DNA of 64,000 nucleotides, taken from the NCBI GenBank assembly GCA_965204375.1, contig OZ241986.1, positions 736,001-800,000 of the forward strand, given 5' to 3'. Position 1 is the stretch's first letter, and each line of letters starts with the position of its first letter. The translations under genes and the position numbers were made by a program. The notes below the pieces were generated by a model, which saw only the letters and a list, made by a program, of their open reading frames with translations, was not told where the DNA came from and did not search any database. The DNA is from Candidatus Latescibacterota bacterium (GTDB lineage Bacteria > Latescibacterota > UBA2968). Positions 29,686 to 38,910 of the stretch are shown one piece after another.

Positions 29686-30906
29686 TTATTCTGTCCAACT
29701 GGCAATGAAGTCCTCTGTGCTATAGTCCGCGGGCATTTCGTTGAAATAGTGCTTCATGGGGATGGACTGAAAGCCCGGCACAAAGTGTTCTTCATCCGAT
29801 TGGAGTAGTGCTTCGAGTGGGCTGAAGCGATCCCAGAGTAAGTGGGCTTCTTCTGGAGTGAATCGGTCAGCGAATTTCAGTCCCCAGTTGAGCGTGATGG
29901 GATGTGTTCCCAGGAGGCGGCGTTGGAGGTCTTCGGCGATGTCCTGAAGCGGGGGATCTTTTCGCAGTCGAATCGCAAGTGCTGCTTTGCAGAGGAATAC
30001 TGTTGACAGAATTCTGCCTTTTTCGGCACGCCATGGATGGAGGTTGTCCAGGGCGCTGAGATACGCGCTGCCATCTCCCGAGAGAACGGCTCTCAGTGCG
30101 TCTTCCGTATGCTGCTCCATCTTTTCGCTGCGGCCGTTCCAGCGTGCGAACGCCTCCTGCGCCTGCGAAGAGAGGTGGTCGGTAAACGAAAGGTCCTTGA
30201 TTGATGTGTGGGTCGAGAATCCACCGTGAATGGTTCGGCGCATTTTGGGGCTGTAGTTGCTGCCCCAGTGGAGGATCGGGAGGATATAGACGACGCCATC
30301 ACCGGCTTCGAGATGGGTCTGAACGCCATTGGGCAGTGGGCGGCAGGGATCTGCCAACATGAGTTCGTTCTCTTCGGGGGTGTTCAGCCGCAGATGGCTG
30401 CCCGGTATCACCCAGAGGACGCTATCGTCGTAGAGCGGGATGTTCCACTGGACGTAGCGCGGGCCTCCTTCGAGGATGTCGTCGATATAGCCCTGGAGGG
30501 GTGCCGTGTCGATCGGATGGTGATCGCGGTGCCACTTTGCCGGGCCGTGATTCCTGACGGGGTTGCACATCATCATCATTTCTGTGACGGCTCCGTCCGC
30601 TACATCGAGAAGTTCTGTGCTGACCCCGTGGATGTTTTCCTCGAGCCATACTTCGACCGCTGGTGCGGTCTCCTGGTTGATCTGATTGACGAGTGGCTGC
30701 CTTGAGAGTTGCAAGCGAGGCTGCGGTGCTGTTTCCCATACGCCTCCAGGTGGATCGTTTTCCGCGCGCTCGGCCTTCCAGTTCTCGCGCTGGCGGTCAA
30801 CGAGTGTTTCATACGCCTGCCGCACGCGTTCGAGTTTGTCGCGTGGCACGGCTTCCTTGACGATGAGGTAGCCGGTTTCCAGAAATTCGTCGCGGTTGAG
30901 TTTCAT
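29686..30906 (-). CDS. PhyH family dioxygenase with C-terminal extension
   Basis: FLETGYLIV, WHRD, LWVIPGSH, ILHWG, RRTIHGG. Confidence 0.8.
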   Translation of the reverse strand: MKLNRDEFLETGYLIVKEAVPRDKLERVRQAYETLVDRQRENWKAERAENDPPGGVWETAPQPRLQLSRQPLVNQINQETAPAVEVWLEENIHGVSTELLDVADGAVTEMMMMCNPVRNHGPAKWHRDHHPIDTAPLQGYIDDILEGGPRYVQWNIPLYDDSVLWVIPGSHLRLNTPEENELMLADPCRPLPNGVQTHLEAGDGVVYILPILHWGSNYSPKMRRTIHGGFSTHTSIKDLSFTDHLSSQAQEAFARWNGRSEKMEQHTEDALRAVLSGDGSAYLSALDNLHPWRAEKGRILSTVFLCKAALAIRLRKDPPLQDIAEDLQRRLLGTHPITLNWGLKFADRFTPEEAHLLWDRFSPLEALLQSDEEHFVPGFQSIPMKHYFNEMPADYSTEDFIASWTE

Positions 30907-30962
30907 GGCTGACTCCAATTGAGGTAAGGAGTATTCTGTATGGTGTTAGGTGAAAGCCGCTT

Positions 30963-31430
30963 CTACCCGGTCCGTACAAATATGAAATCTTCATCATCGC
31001 TCGGTGGTTCAAAGCGATTGATGAATTCTGTAAATGCATGATCGTTGATCCAAAGTGAATCCTAGTCGTTTTTTGAACGAGTTAGAATTCGCTTTCGAAG
31101 TACGTCAATGGGGGCGTCGAGGAAATAGAGTTTTGATTCCGCTCCTATGGCAGCCGCCGCTTGTCTGGTATTTTTGCGATCTTTTTTGTACCAGAACCCC
31201 TTATCGAGTATGACATCTGTGCCGAGGGCGAGATTGCGCGTGGCAATGCGCCAGATCAGTTTGGAAACGCGGTTGAAAAGTGTTTCAAACTGCTCGGGCG
31301 ATCTTCCATAGAGTTGAACCATCCACTCGTCATAGGTATATCGCATGGCTCTGTGAGTCTTCTCAAGTTCCCGAGCAAAAGTGGTCTTGCCCGAACCTGG
31401 CCGACCGCAGAGTAAGTGAACAGTCGCCAT
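30963..31430 (-). pseudogene. AAA_33 / P-loop kinase interrupted by an in-frame TAG at 31062-31064
   Basis: GRPGSGKTT, DEWM, DVILD; the frame continues after TAG as DSLWINDHAFTEFINRFEPPSDDEDFIFVRTG to a TAG at 30963. Confidence 0.75.
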
Positions 31431-31453
31431 TGTATTTGATCGCCCCCTCTTTT

Positions 31454-32269
31454 TCAATCGTCTGGTTTTTTTCCTATGTAGAGTATGTGTCTGGATGAAG
31501 CCACCATGCTTTGTTCTGAACTGATTTCGAATAGGAGGTCTAACCAGAGATCTCGCTGCTTTCCTTCAAGTGTGTTATAGCTTTCGTCGTCTGCGGAGAT
31601 AGCAGGCTCGATACCTGCAATTTTGAGGGTGCGAAAGCCCACGCGCTCATGCATGGGGGCGATTTCTTCCAGCCGAACATAATAGCCGCGAAAGCCACCT
31701 CTTGGGGCATTGGCAGGGCGGTGGCCCTGTCTAACGACCGACCAAACCTCTTCCTGGTTCTCAATCCACGAAGGGTTGTCCTTGATGAGGCCTCCAAGAA
31801 TACCGAATCTGGAAATCATTGCAGAAAAGATCACGCCCCCTGGTTTTAAACAGGCGTAGGCGGACCGCAGGGCTGCTGTTCGGTCAGTTTCAAGTAGCAG
31901 GTGATACAGAGGCCCCATAAGGAGAACAGCTTCGAACTCGCCGCGCGGAATTCCATTTAGTTTGCGTGCATCGCCAGTTTGGAACTCAATCTGATCAGAG
32001 AGGTTGAGCTTCTCTGCTTGCGCCTTGCATCGGGTGACGTACTCGTCGGCGAGGTCAATAGCCGTGATCTGGTAGCCTCGATTTGCCAGAGGAAAGGAGT
32101 AAAATCCCGTGCCGAAACCAATTTCGAGGAGCCTGCCGCGAGGTGGGAGGTATAGGTTCAAATAGCGCCAGGTGATGTCTGCTTCGAGTTGGTGGCGTTC
32201 CAACCTATTTGCCTCTGCGTCCCAGGCAGCATTGTAAAACTCGCGTATGTCGGTCAGGTCGTCCATCAT
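31454..32269 (-). CDS. Class I SAM-dependent methyltransferase
   Basis: LLEIGFGTG, GDARKL, LLMGPLYHL, LKPGG. Confidence 0.9.
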   Translation of the reverse strand: MMDDLTDIREFYNAAWDAEANRLERHQLEADITWRYLNLYLPPRGRLLEIGFGTGFYSFPLANRGYQITAIDLADEYVTRCKAQAEKLNLSDQIEFQTGDARKLNGIPRGEFEAVLLMGPLYHLLLETDRTAALRSAYACLKPGGVIFSAMISRFGILGGLIKDNPSWIENQEEVWSVVRQGHRPANAPRGGFRGYYVRLEEIAPMHERVGFRTLKIAGIEPAISADDESYNTLEGKQRDLWLDLLFEISSEQSMVASSRHILYIGKKPDD

Positions 32270-32306
32270 ATTAGAGAATTGGTCTATCTGCCTGTGGTAC
32301 TTTTCT

Positions 32307-33383
32307 TTACCTCGGTTCGTTGGGATATAAATCCCCTACATATTTGTCATACCCGTTGAATAGCAGGGTCGGACGGATTTCGGGGTTCGAAGCATTGGTG
32401 GTGATAAATCGTTCCTGAGCTTGAGACCACCGGGGATGGGCGACCTTGGGATTGACATTGGCAAAGAAGCCGTATTCTCTTGGAACGAGCGTATTCCAGA
32501 AGGTTCTCGGCTGCTCGCGGACAAACTCAATGCTCACAAGAGATTTGATGCTCTTAAAACCATATTTCCATGGCGCGACCAGACGGATGGGTGCCCCGTG
32601 CTGGTTGGGCATTTCGTGACCGTAAATCCCCGTGGCGATAAAAGCGAGTTCATTTACCGCTTCTTCCATCGTCAGCCCTTCAACATAGGGCCAGGGATAG
32701 TGGGGGGCGTTGAGCTGACCAGGAGCCTGATTCGGGTCCAGGAAGGTGGTCATCTTGACGAATTTTGCCGTAGAAAGCGGTTGTACCAGGTCTATGAGGG
32801 CTTTCATCGGAAAACCGGTCCACGGTATTGCCATAGACCACGCCTCTACACACCGCAAGCGGTAAAGCCGTTCCTCCAGCGGAATAGCGCGAACCAGATC
32901 GCCAAAATCGTATGTCTTTTCCTGCGGGACCTCTCCCTTGATTACCACTGTCCAGGGATCTGTCATGAAGTTTTCCGATAGAGGCTTCACCTGAGTCTTA
33001 CCGGTGCTGAATTCATAAAAATTATTGTACGATCCGGCTATTGACTCCTCGGTTAAAGGTCGGTCCAGTTCCTTGAATTCCTCATTGAGGCTGGCAGGAT
33101 AAAGCGGTTGCGGCGGCTGTGGTGGTTGCGGCGGATCCGGCGGTTGCTGTGGCGGTTGCTGTGGATCCTGAGGTTGTTGTGGCTGTTGCGGTTGCTGTGG
33201 TTGTTGTGGCTCCTCAGTCGGCGTAGTGGGTGCTCTTTCAGCAGGGGTAAAAATCTTCTCATGTCCGCAGCCTGCTAACGCTCCCAGGGCACCTCCTGCG
33301 GCTACCATAAACTTTCGCCGGTTCATATAAACATCTTCTGGCGTTGCTTCTCTTTCGGGTATTTCCCAACCTCGTTTTGGCAT
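32307..33383 (-). CDS. msrP: Protein-methionine-sulfoxide reductase catalytic subunit (molybdoenzyme)
   Basis: TPEDVYMNRRKF Tat motif, YNNFYEF, RLRCVEAWS, WPYVEGL, HGAPIRLVAPWKYGFKSIK, NPKVAHPRWSQ; ATG 33383 after AAGGAGG (alternative start 33413). Confidence 0.92.
   Translation of the reverse strand: MPKRGWEIPEREATPEDVYMNRRKFMVAAGGALGALAGCGHEKIFTPAERAPTTPTEEPQQPQQPQQPQQPQDPQQPPQQPPDPPQPPQPPQPLYPASLNEEFKELDRPLTEESIAGSYNNFYEFSTGKTQVKPLSENFMTDPWTVVIKGEVPQEKTYDFGDLVRAIPLEERLYRLRCVEAWSMAIPWTGFPMKALIDLVQPLSTAKFVKMTTFLDPNQAPGQLNAPHYPWPYVEGLTMEEAVNELAFIATGIYGHEMPNQHGAPIRLVAPWKYGFKSIKSLVSIEFVREQPRTFWNTLVPREYGFFANVNPKVAHPRWSQAQERFITTNASNPEIRPTLLFNGYDKYVGDLYPNEPR
33105..33209 (-). repeat. Pro/Gln low-complexity coding repeat in MsrP
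   Basis: PQQPQQPQQPQQPQDPQQPPQQPPDPPQPPQPPQP. Confidence 0.9.
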
Positions 33384-33409
33384 ATCAACCTCCTTGATGA
33401 GGTCCCGGC

Positions 33410-34261
33410 TCATCTCTTAAATGCTATTCCAAACAAAAACGTATTTCCCGCAGAGGTGTTGCAACCCGCTGCGATACGAATCATATCCACGCTCAGTTCC
33501 ATCCAGTCGGTTAAACGGTAAATCACTCCAGGAGAGATTTTTAAGACACTTTGGTCGCCAATTAATTCAACCTCTCCAACCGGGTTACAAGTTCCAAAGG
33601 TACGGATACCTGAAAGATACCCTTTGAACAGGAACCGGTCCACTGTAATTCCGACCTCCAGGGCATAAAACCATTCATTACTGATGTCTCCTCCGCGGAC
33701 CCGGTAGCCTACCTCCCCAGTTACATAAATCGGAGCGGGGTAAAGAGATTGGCCCAGTAGCAGCCGAATATCTGCATCCATCTTTTTAGAACTCAGGGGA
33801 ACCCGCGTGTTGGGGTCTTCTTCGTACCACAGCGGAATTTTACCCCCTATGGCAATTGATGCGACCACGGGCTGATTGGCCAAAAGCCATCGCAAACGCA
33901 TCTCCATATCGCCAAAACCCCATCGACGCTCCAAAGCTGTTCCCGTAACAACCAGATCGAGATCCCTCAGGGTGCGGGTATCCTGCAGCCGTTTGTAGGG
34001 GACAGAAGATACAAGTGTGAGCCGGTCCAGCAAGCCGTATTCCAGGTAGGTCGAATAATTGAGATCTCTCAGTTCCCCCATATTTGCCTTCTGAATCTGC
34101 TTGCCGTTGGCATCAATATCTATGGTCGAGTTCAAATAGCTGGCTCCGACCTTAAAATAATAGCCCCCCTTTTTCTGAGTCCACGCGCCAGCAAAGGCCG
34201 CAGATGTCAGGCCCAGATAGGTGGTGCATATAGCGAGAAAAAACAGACTTCGATATATCAT
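33410..34261 (-). CDS. Exported hypothetical protein, probable outer-membrane beta-barrel
   Basis: Signal peptide ending AFA|GAW, YLEYGL, GFGD, alternating strands, C-terminal FLFGIAF; start at ATG 34261 because the longer ORF overlaps the upstream gene. Confidence 0.65.
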   Translation of the reverse strand: MIYRSLFFLAICTTYLGLTSAAFAGAWTQKKGGYYFKVGASYLNSTIDIDANGKQIQKANMGELRDLNYSTYLEYGLLDRLTLVSSVPYKRLQDTRTLRDLDLVVTGTALERRWGFGDMEMRLRWLLANQPVVASIAIGGKIPLWYEEDPNTRVPLSSKKMDADIRLLLGQSLYPAPIYVTGEVGYRVRGGDISNEWFYALEVGITVDRFLFKGYLSGIRTFGTCNPVGEVELIGDQSVLKISPGVIYRLTDWMELSVDMIRIAAGCNTSAGNTFLFGIAFKR

Positions 34262-34344
34262 TGATTTACCCCATATTTCGAGAGGTTTTATTGATAGTGC
34301 GGTCAGTATTATAAAGCCTATAATAAATTTAAGTTCCCCTTCCC

Positions 34345-35838
34345 TCATTCCTCTTCGATCACAGCCGTGTGGGCAGTCATCGTCGCACTGGGCGAGAGTC
34401 GTGGCTTCAGGCCGCTGGCAGTCCTCAGGCCCCGAAGCCTTACTCGCTGGCAAGGGGTGTATGGGAAAGGACGTTCCTCAGACGCGGAGGCCTGTTCGAC
34501 GCCATCGTGGAAGTCGTCCGGTGCGGTGAAGAAGTACATGCCTTGGTAATTATCGGGCGTATTGGAATCATCTACGAATAGTCCGTCGATAACGACTTCT
34601 TCGGGCATAGAGCAGGGATATCCGAAATCGTGCATGCCGTCGTTGGCAACATTGATCATGTGAGGTTGACAGATGTCTCCACAGGCCGGAATCCATCGGC
34701 AGTTGCGGATCTCAAGCGCTCCTTCCCAGGTGCTGCCATAGTCGCGCCGAAAGGAGACCAGGCTACTGCCGTACAATGTAGAATCCTCGACTATTAGCCG
34801 GCCTCGGCCGATCGCGTTTAGCCCCATATGCCCCAGGGAGCAGCGACGGATGACGTAGGTGCCCGAAACGCCCATGTGCGTGTCCATCCTGGAGAGGTGG
34901 CAGTCCTCGAGGAGGATGTCCTTGCAGAAGTTGGATCCGATCACGCCCCAGCGCGTGCGGTCGGTGATGTGGTTCATACGACATCCAATCATTGTGAATC
35001 CCACGACATTGTTCGCATTGTAGTCGTAGGTGCCCATGCTGACCGGTTTACCCGCCGCGCCGATGGTCGAGTAGATTTTGTGCCCGGTGGCGAAGCAGTT
35101 GCGCAGCGTGATGTGGGCACACTGTTGCGCGCTAATGAATCCGGAATAGGGGCAGCCCACGGCTGTCTCGCCGACGACATAGTGGGTTAGACCCGCGACT
35201 TCCGTGTTCGAGCGAGAGATTACAATGTTCCGATTCCAGTAGTTGTAACCTTGCGGATGGTGCTCGCGGTTGGCAAACGTGGTAAAGACACCGCCGCGTA
35301 GGTAGAGCGTCTGCTCGTCGATCGGCCTCGCCTCTACTCGGGTGATCAGATCGTATTCCCAATCGATGTCCGCCTCCACCGAGCCGTCTCGACGCAGGAC
35401 GAAGCAGTCGTGCTGGGGAACGCCGTCGTTCTGGTTGAGTCCCCGCCGGATATACTGCCTCTTGTGCGCGTTTTCCACGAGGACGTGACAGTCGCGCTCT
35501 GGTCGCGCATCCACCTGTCTCTGGTCTCTCGTGAGCCGATCGATCTGCAGTTCCTCTGGCTCCAACAGCGAGCGTACTTCAAAGAGATGCGCCTTGTGGT
35601 CTTCAACCTGTGTGTCTTCAACCGTGAAACGGGAGGTGTTCCAGTCGGTATTGGTTGCGACCACGGCGGTCAGTGCCTGGCCGCCGAGATGGTACGTCGC
35701 GTCGGGCTTTGTCCTGACACTCAGGCCGTGCGCGTTGGCGTAGGCGTGTGCCTCGCAGATCGCTGGCATGTCATCCGTGACGCCGTCGCCCTTTGCACCG
35801 AAAGCCTCGTAGTCTATCAGGCCCTCTTTGAAATCCAT
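34345..35838 (-). CDS. Right-handed beta-helix (pectate-lyase-like) protein
   Basis: YEAFGAKGDGVTDDMPAI N-terminal motif; beta-helix-like repeats; visibly higher GC than neighbours. Confidence 0.65.
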   Translation of the reverse strand: MDFKEGLIDYEAFGAKGDGVTDDMPAICEAHAYANAHGLSVRTKPDATYHLGGQALTAVVATNTDWNTSRFTVEDTQVEDHKAHLFEVRSLLEPEELQIDRLTRDQRQVDARPERDCHVLVENAHKRQYIRRGLNQNDGVPQHDCFVLRRDGSVEADIDWEYDLITRVEARPIDEQTLYLRGGVFTTFANREHHPQGYNYWNRNIVISRSNTEVAGLTHYVVGETAVGCPYSGFISAQQCAHITLRNCFATGHKIYSTIGAAGKPVSMGTYDYNANNVVGFTMIGCRMNHITDRTRWGVIGSNFCKDILLEDCHLSRMDTHMGVSGTYVIRRCSLGHMGLNAIGRGRLIVEDSTLYGSSLVSFRRDYGSTWEGALEIRNCRWIPACGDICQPHMINVANDGMHDFGYPCSMPEEVVIDGLFVDDSNTPDNYQGMYFFTAPDDFHDGVEQASASEERPFPYTPCQRVRLRGLRTASGLKPRLSPSATMTAHTAVIEEE

Positions 35839-35850
35839 GGGTGTCTCCTT

Positions 35851-36291
35851 TTATCTATCTAACGCGATCTGCTCAATTATTTTGGGACCAAAGCCTTTCA
35901 CAGTAGATAAGTTACCGTTTTCTGCTGCCGACTTCAACCCCGCCAAATCAGCGACGCCAAGTTCGTCGAATACGCGTCTCGCCAATTTTGCGCCCAACCC
36001 GCGAATTTCCGTAAGTTCGAGAATCGTTATGGGAATGTGATCTGGCTGTAGCGCAGTGACTGTACGACCTTCTACGATCTCCTGGATCGTCTGGAGTACC
36101 TCAGTATCAGGTTCATCAAGCAATGTCTTAATGCCTGAATAATCCAGTTTTGGAAGCGCGTCAATTCGTTGGCCGCGCAGTGATTGGACCTCCATGGCTG
36201 TGCCCAGATACTGCCCCGGATTTCGATCACAGATTTCGCGATAATAAGCAACCTGCTTGAGGATTTTCGCGATCGTGTAATTTGATGGCAT
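35851..36291 (-). CDS. Helix-hairpin-helix protein resembling the N-terminus of bacterial DNA polymerase X
   Basis: NYTIAKIL, LELTEIRGLGAKLARRVFDELGV, LSTVKGFGPK; ends before any palm or PHP domain. Confidence 0.75.
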   Translation of the reverse strand: MPSNYTIAKILKQVAYYREICDRNPGQYLGTAMEVQSLRGQRIDALPKLDYSGIKTLLDEPDTEVLQTIQEIVEGRTVTALQPDHIPITILELTEIRGLGAKLARRVFDELGVADLAGLKSAAENGNLSTVKGFGPKIIEQIALDR

Positions 36292-36304
36292 ACTCTAATG
36301 CTCC

Positions 36305-37273
36305 TTATCGTAGCCAGGTCCACGCAGTTCTGGTTGCTGGATAGGCTATCTCTTCTCCCAAACGCAATTTCTTCACTTCTGGAGATTTAATCGTGCTACG
36401 AACACCCTGAGCATATTGATATATTTCATTGTCCGGATAGGCCGTGCCTGCTCGGCCAGTTGGAGAAAAGCCAAGCCGCTGAAGCTTCTCCATATAAATC
36501 ATCTCTATGCGGCTAACCAGTTCTCGTTTACCATTCATCTTCTCGAATCCCTCCGCAAGTAAAGGAGAAACTTCATCGGCAATAGTGCCCAACTTTCTGA
36601 ATTCTGTCCACAACCATTTGTGGTAGGGTGCATGACGCCGACTCATCAGAAAGCCAACCTTCATTGCGTAATCAGCGAATCTGGCCCAATAGCAACACGC
36701 ACTCACATGGTCTCCCCGAGCCTCCGCCCTGAAGAGTTGCTTTCGTCCCCACTCATAACACCAGGAGAGACAAGCTCCCAGTCGCTGCTTCCATACATCA
36801 TCCGGATATTTGGAGAACGCTCGGAAGCGAGCACTGACGATGCCAGGTCCATCGTGATAAAGCCTGCTCGGGGTCAACTCAAACAGATACGGCTCTGGTA
36901 TTCGCAACCAGTCCACGAGTGATTGAGGCGGATCTGAGAATCCGACCATAGATTCTATATAGCTACTGATTTCCATTACAATACAGGTCCTGACCTCTGA
37001 TTTTTGCCATCGAAATCCGTCATATTCGCGGGGAAGGGTATCCAGTATCTCCTGAAGACGCTCGCCGTGATCATCGAAATCGTCTTTGACAAGCCACACC
37101 ATGAATCCCGGTCCCCAGCCATGGTCGCGAGACACATCATCGTCGTTTTTGTGCGCTTGAGACCCTAAACCAACGCCCACTGCCAGTCTCGGGACACATT
37201 CGGGCAATTGTTGCTCAATAGCAGGTAGCCCAATTTCCTGGAAGAACCGCTCTGATAGTTCAAATCCTTTCAT
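36305..37273 (-). CDS. DUF4037 domain protein (nucleotidyltransferase-like fold)
   Basis: MKGFELSERFF, GLGSQAHKNDDDVSRDHGWGPGF, YPDDVW, APYHKW. Confidence 0.75.
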   Translation of the reverse strand: MKGFELSERFFQEIGLPAIEQQLPECVPRLAVGVGLGSQAHKNDDDVSRDHGWGPGFMVWLVKDDFDDHGERLQEILDTLPREYDGFRWQKSEVRTCIVMEISSYIESMVGFSDPPQSLVDWLRIPEPYLFELTPSRLYHDGPGIVSARFRAFSKYPDDVWKQRLGACLSWCYEWGRKQLFRAEARGDHVSACCYWARFADYAMKVGFLMSRRHAPYHKWLWTEFRKLGTIADEVSPLLAEGFEKMNGKRELVSRIEMIYMEKLQRLGFSPTGRAGTAYPDNEIYQYAQGVRSTIKSPEVKKLRLGEEIAYPATRTAWTWLR

Positions 37274-37297
37274 AGAGTCCTCCACTCTATTTGAATA

Positions 37298-37804
37298 CTA
37301 TCTTGGGCCTTTGTATTTGCGTCCACGGTCTGCCACACGGCGCTCTCTGGTTAGCGCCATGATTGGAACCCCATAGCCACAACTCGTTTGTGTTTTTTCA
37401 ATGTTCACTTCAATCACTTGTCGAGGTTTCTTCAATTCTTGAGCAGGCGTTTCGAGCATCTGGCGCACGAGAGGGGAGTCGTCAAGCTCAGCGATCCGCG
37501 CATGTCCATAGAGCCGGACAATGCCCGCGTCCCCTTCCTCGAAGGAGCACACCATGATCGTGATAGGACCTCCAGAGATCGCATGACGCGCTGTCTCGTT
37601 CCCGCTGCCGGGATAGTCGAGGTAAGCAACGCGATTTGGCGTAAGAATATGCAAGGGCGTTCCTCCCTTTGGCGATAAATTTAAAGCACCCGTCCCATCA
37701 GGTCCGTTTTCCAAATTTGGATCGGCTGTCGCGACAAAGAATAGGGGAGCGTTCCTAATGAGCGCAACTTGCTCATCTGTTATAGAAGTGTAGTGCGTTG
37801 CCAT
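37298..37804 (-). CDS. Pyridoxamine 5'-phosphate oxidase family FMN-binding protein
   Basis: FFVATA, NLSPKG, YLDYPGSGNET, IVRLYG, QTSCGYGVP. Confidence 0.85.
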   Translation of the reverse strand: MATHYTSITDEQVALIRNAPLFFVATADPNLENGPDGTGALNLSPKGGTPLHILTPNRVAYLDYPGSGNETARHAISGGPITIMVCSFEEGDAGIVRLYGHARIAELDDSPLVRQMLETPAQELKKPRQVIEVNIEKTQTSCGYGVPIMALTRERRVADRGRKYKGPR

Positions 37805-37869
37805 TTCGTTTATGTCTCCTTTTAGCGGCGGTATTTGGCTAACTCAGTTTTGACCTTATGGAACCGGTT

Positions 37870-37896
37870 TAGTTCCTTTGTGTAAATGAACGCACG
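37870..37896 (-). pseudogene. Possible 8-codon stub of a toxin gene
   Basis: GTG CGT TCA TTT ACA CAA AGG AAC TAA (MRSFTQRN*) starts 1 nt after the antitoxin stop, where a RelE/ParE-like partner usually begins. Confidence 0.35.
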
Positions 37897-37897
37897 C

Positions 37898-38122
37898 TTA
37901 TAAGTCTTCTATATTGAGAGGTTTTGTCCGCCCTGCTCTATGTGCTGCAATGGCCTCATCGGCCAACCGCTCCAGTAAATCCTCGGACTCAGGGCGGCTA
38001 AACAACTCAGCCCATCGCTGATCCGACTCAAGTTCGGCCAGCAGGAAACGCGCAAATTGATCCTGCTTCTCCTGTGGGAGTTTGGTGGCTCTCTCAAAAG
38101 CCTTTTGAAGAAGTGGGGTCAT
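37898..38122 (-). CDS. Small putative antitoxin
   Basis: MTPLLQKAFERATKLPQEKQDQFARFLLAELESDQRW...LERLADEA, a small helical family I recall occurring upstream of RelE/ParE-like toxins. Confidence 0.65.
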   Translation of the reverse strand: MTPLLQKAFERATKLPQEKQDQFARFLLAELESDQRWAELFSRPESEDLLERLADEAIAAHRAGRTKPLNIEDL

Positions 38123-38156
38123 TTGTTTTCTTCCTTTAAAATTTCAACTGAAATGC

Positions 38157-38891
38157 TCACACGTCATGTATAATCCACACATTGGGTTCTTCGTGATAGC
38201 CAACGTTGTTTTCGCGGTCGATTGAGACAAGTGCCAATGCTCTTGGAACGACGTATTCACCCGATGTTGGGAAAGACATGTCCGTCCATTTCTCCCAATC
38301 ATTGACTGTACCTCGGACAGACATCGATTTCGGTGCCGTCCGTGCAATCCGACCTCCAATTTTCCAATGTACCCGGATCCACGGATCAAAGGGCTGTCCA
38401 TCCTCTCGTTTCCACGCTATGTAATCGTCAATTGCTGTGAGCGGATATCTGTCCTTGAACGTCGGTCGTACCGGCGCGATGAGGAATAAGAATCCCTGGC
38501 AGTCGGCAATGTGCTTCATAGCCAGCAAAATTTCCCGGCTGTACCCTTGTCCCTGACAATCCGGCCTGATATCGACTCCCAATGCACAGAGAGTTGTAGG
38601 GTTCTGATTTCCTTCTCTCAAGCCCAATTCCAGCGCTGATGTCCAGCCTTCTGGTAAGTCTTCGTCATGGCCGGTCCACGGGATGGGGATTGCGATACTA
38701 TAGGCAGCCAGTTGATCCTCAGAATCGCAATAATATAGTTGAAACTGGGGAAACTGCGCGATCAATTGAGCTGTTATCTCCTTGGGCCCCTCGGCATGAA
38801 AGATGAACTCGGGCCAGTTCGTTCGGGAATCCCATGTTTGCTCTCGCAGATCGGGTCGCTCGGTATGCGAATACACGGTCAACTTTTTCAC
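38157..38891 (-). CDS. GNAT-fold N-acetyltransferase-like protein
   Basis: CQGQGYS, LIAPVRPT, PFDPWIRVH, EPNVW. Confidence 0.75.
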   Translation of the reverse strand: MKKLTVYSHTERPDLREQTWDSRTNWPEFIFHAEGPKEITAQLIAQFPQFQLYYCDSEDQLAAYSIAIPIPWTGHDEDLPEGWTSALELGLREGNQNPTTLCALGVDIRPDCQGQGYSREILLAMKHIADCQGFLFLIAPVRPTFKDRYPLTAIDDYIAWKREDGQPFDPWIRVHWKIGGRIARTAPKSMSVRGTVNDWEKWTDMSFPTSGEYVVPRALALVSIDRENNVGYHEEPNVWIIHDV

Positions 38892-38910
38892 GGTATTTTT
38901 GTACTTCCTT

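Noticed and set aside
31062-31064. Pyrrolysine or genome-wide TAG recoding
   Set aside because: Many genes here end at TAG where their family is expected to end, no pyl genes are present, and only one internal TAG was found.
33105-33209. CRISPR array or non-coding tandem repeat
   Set aside because: It is an in-frame Pro/Gln linker with synonymous variation and no repeat-spacer structure.
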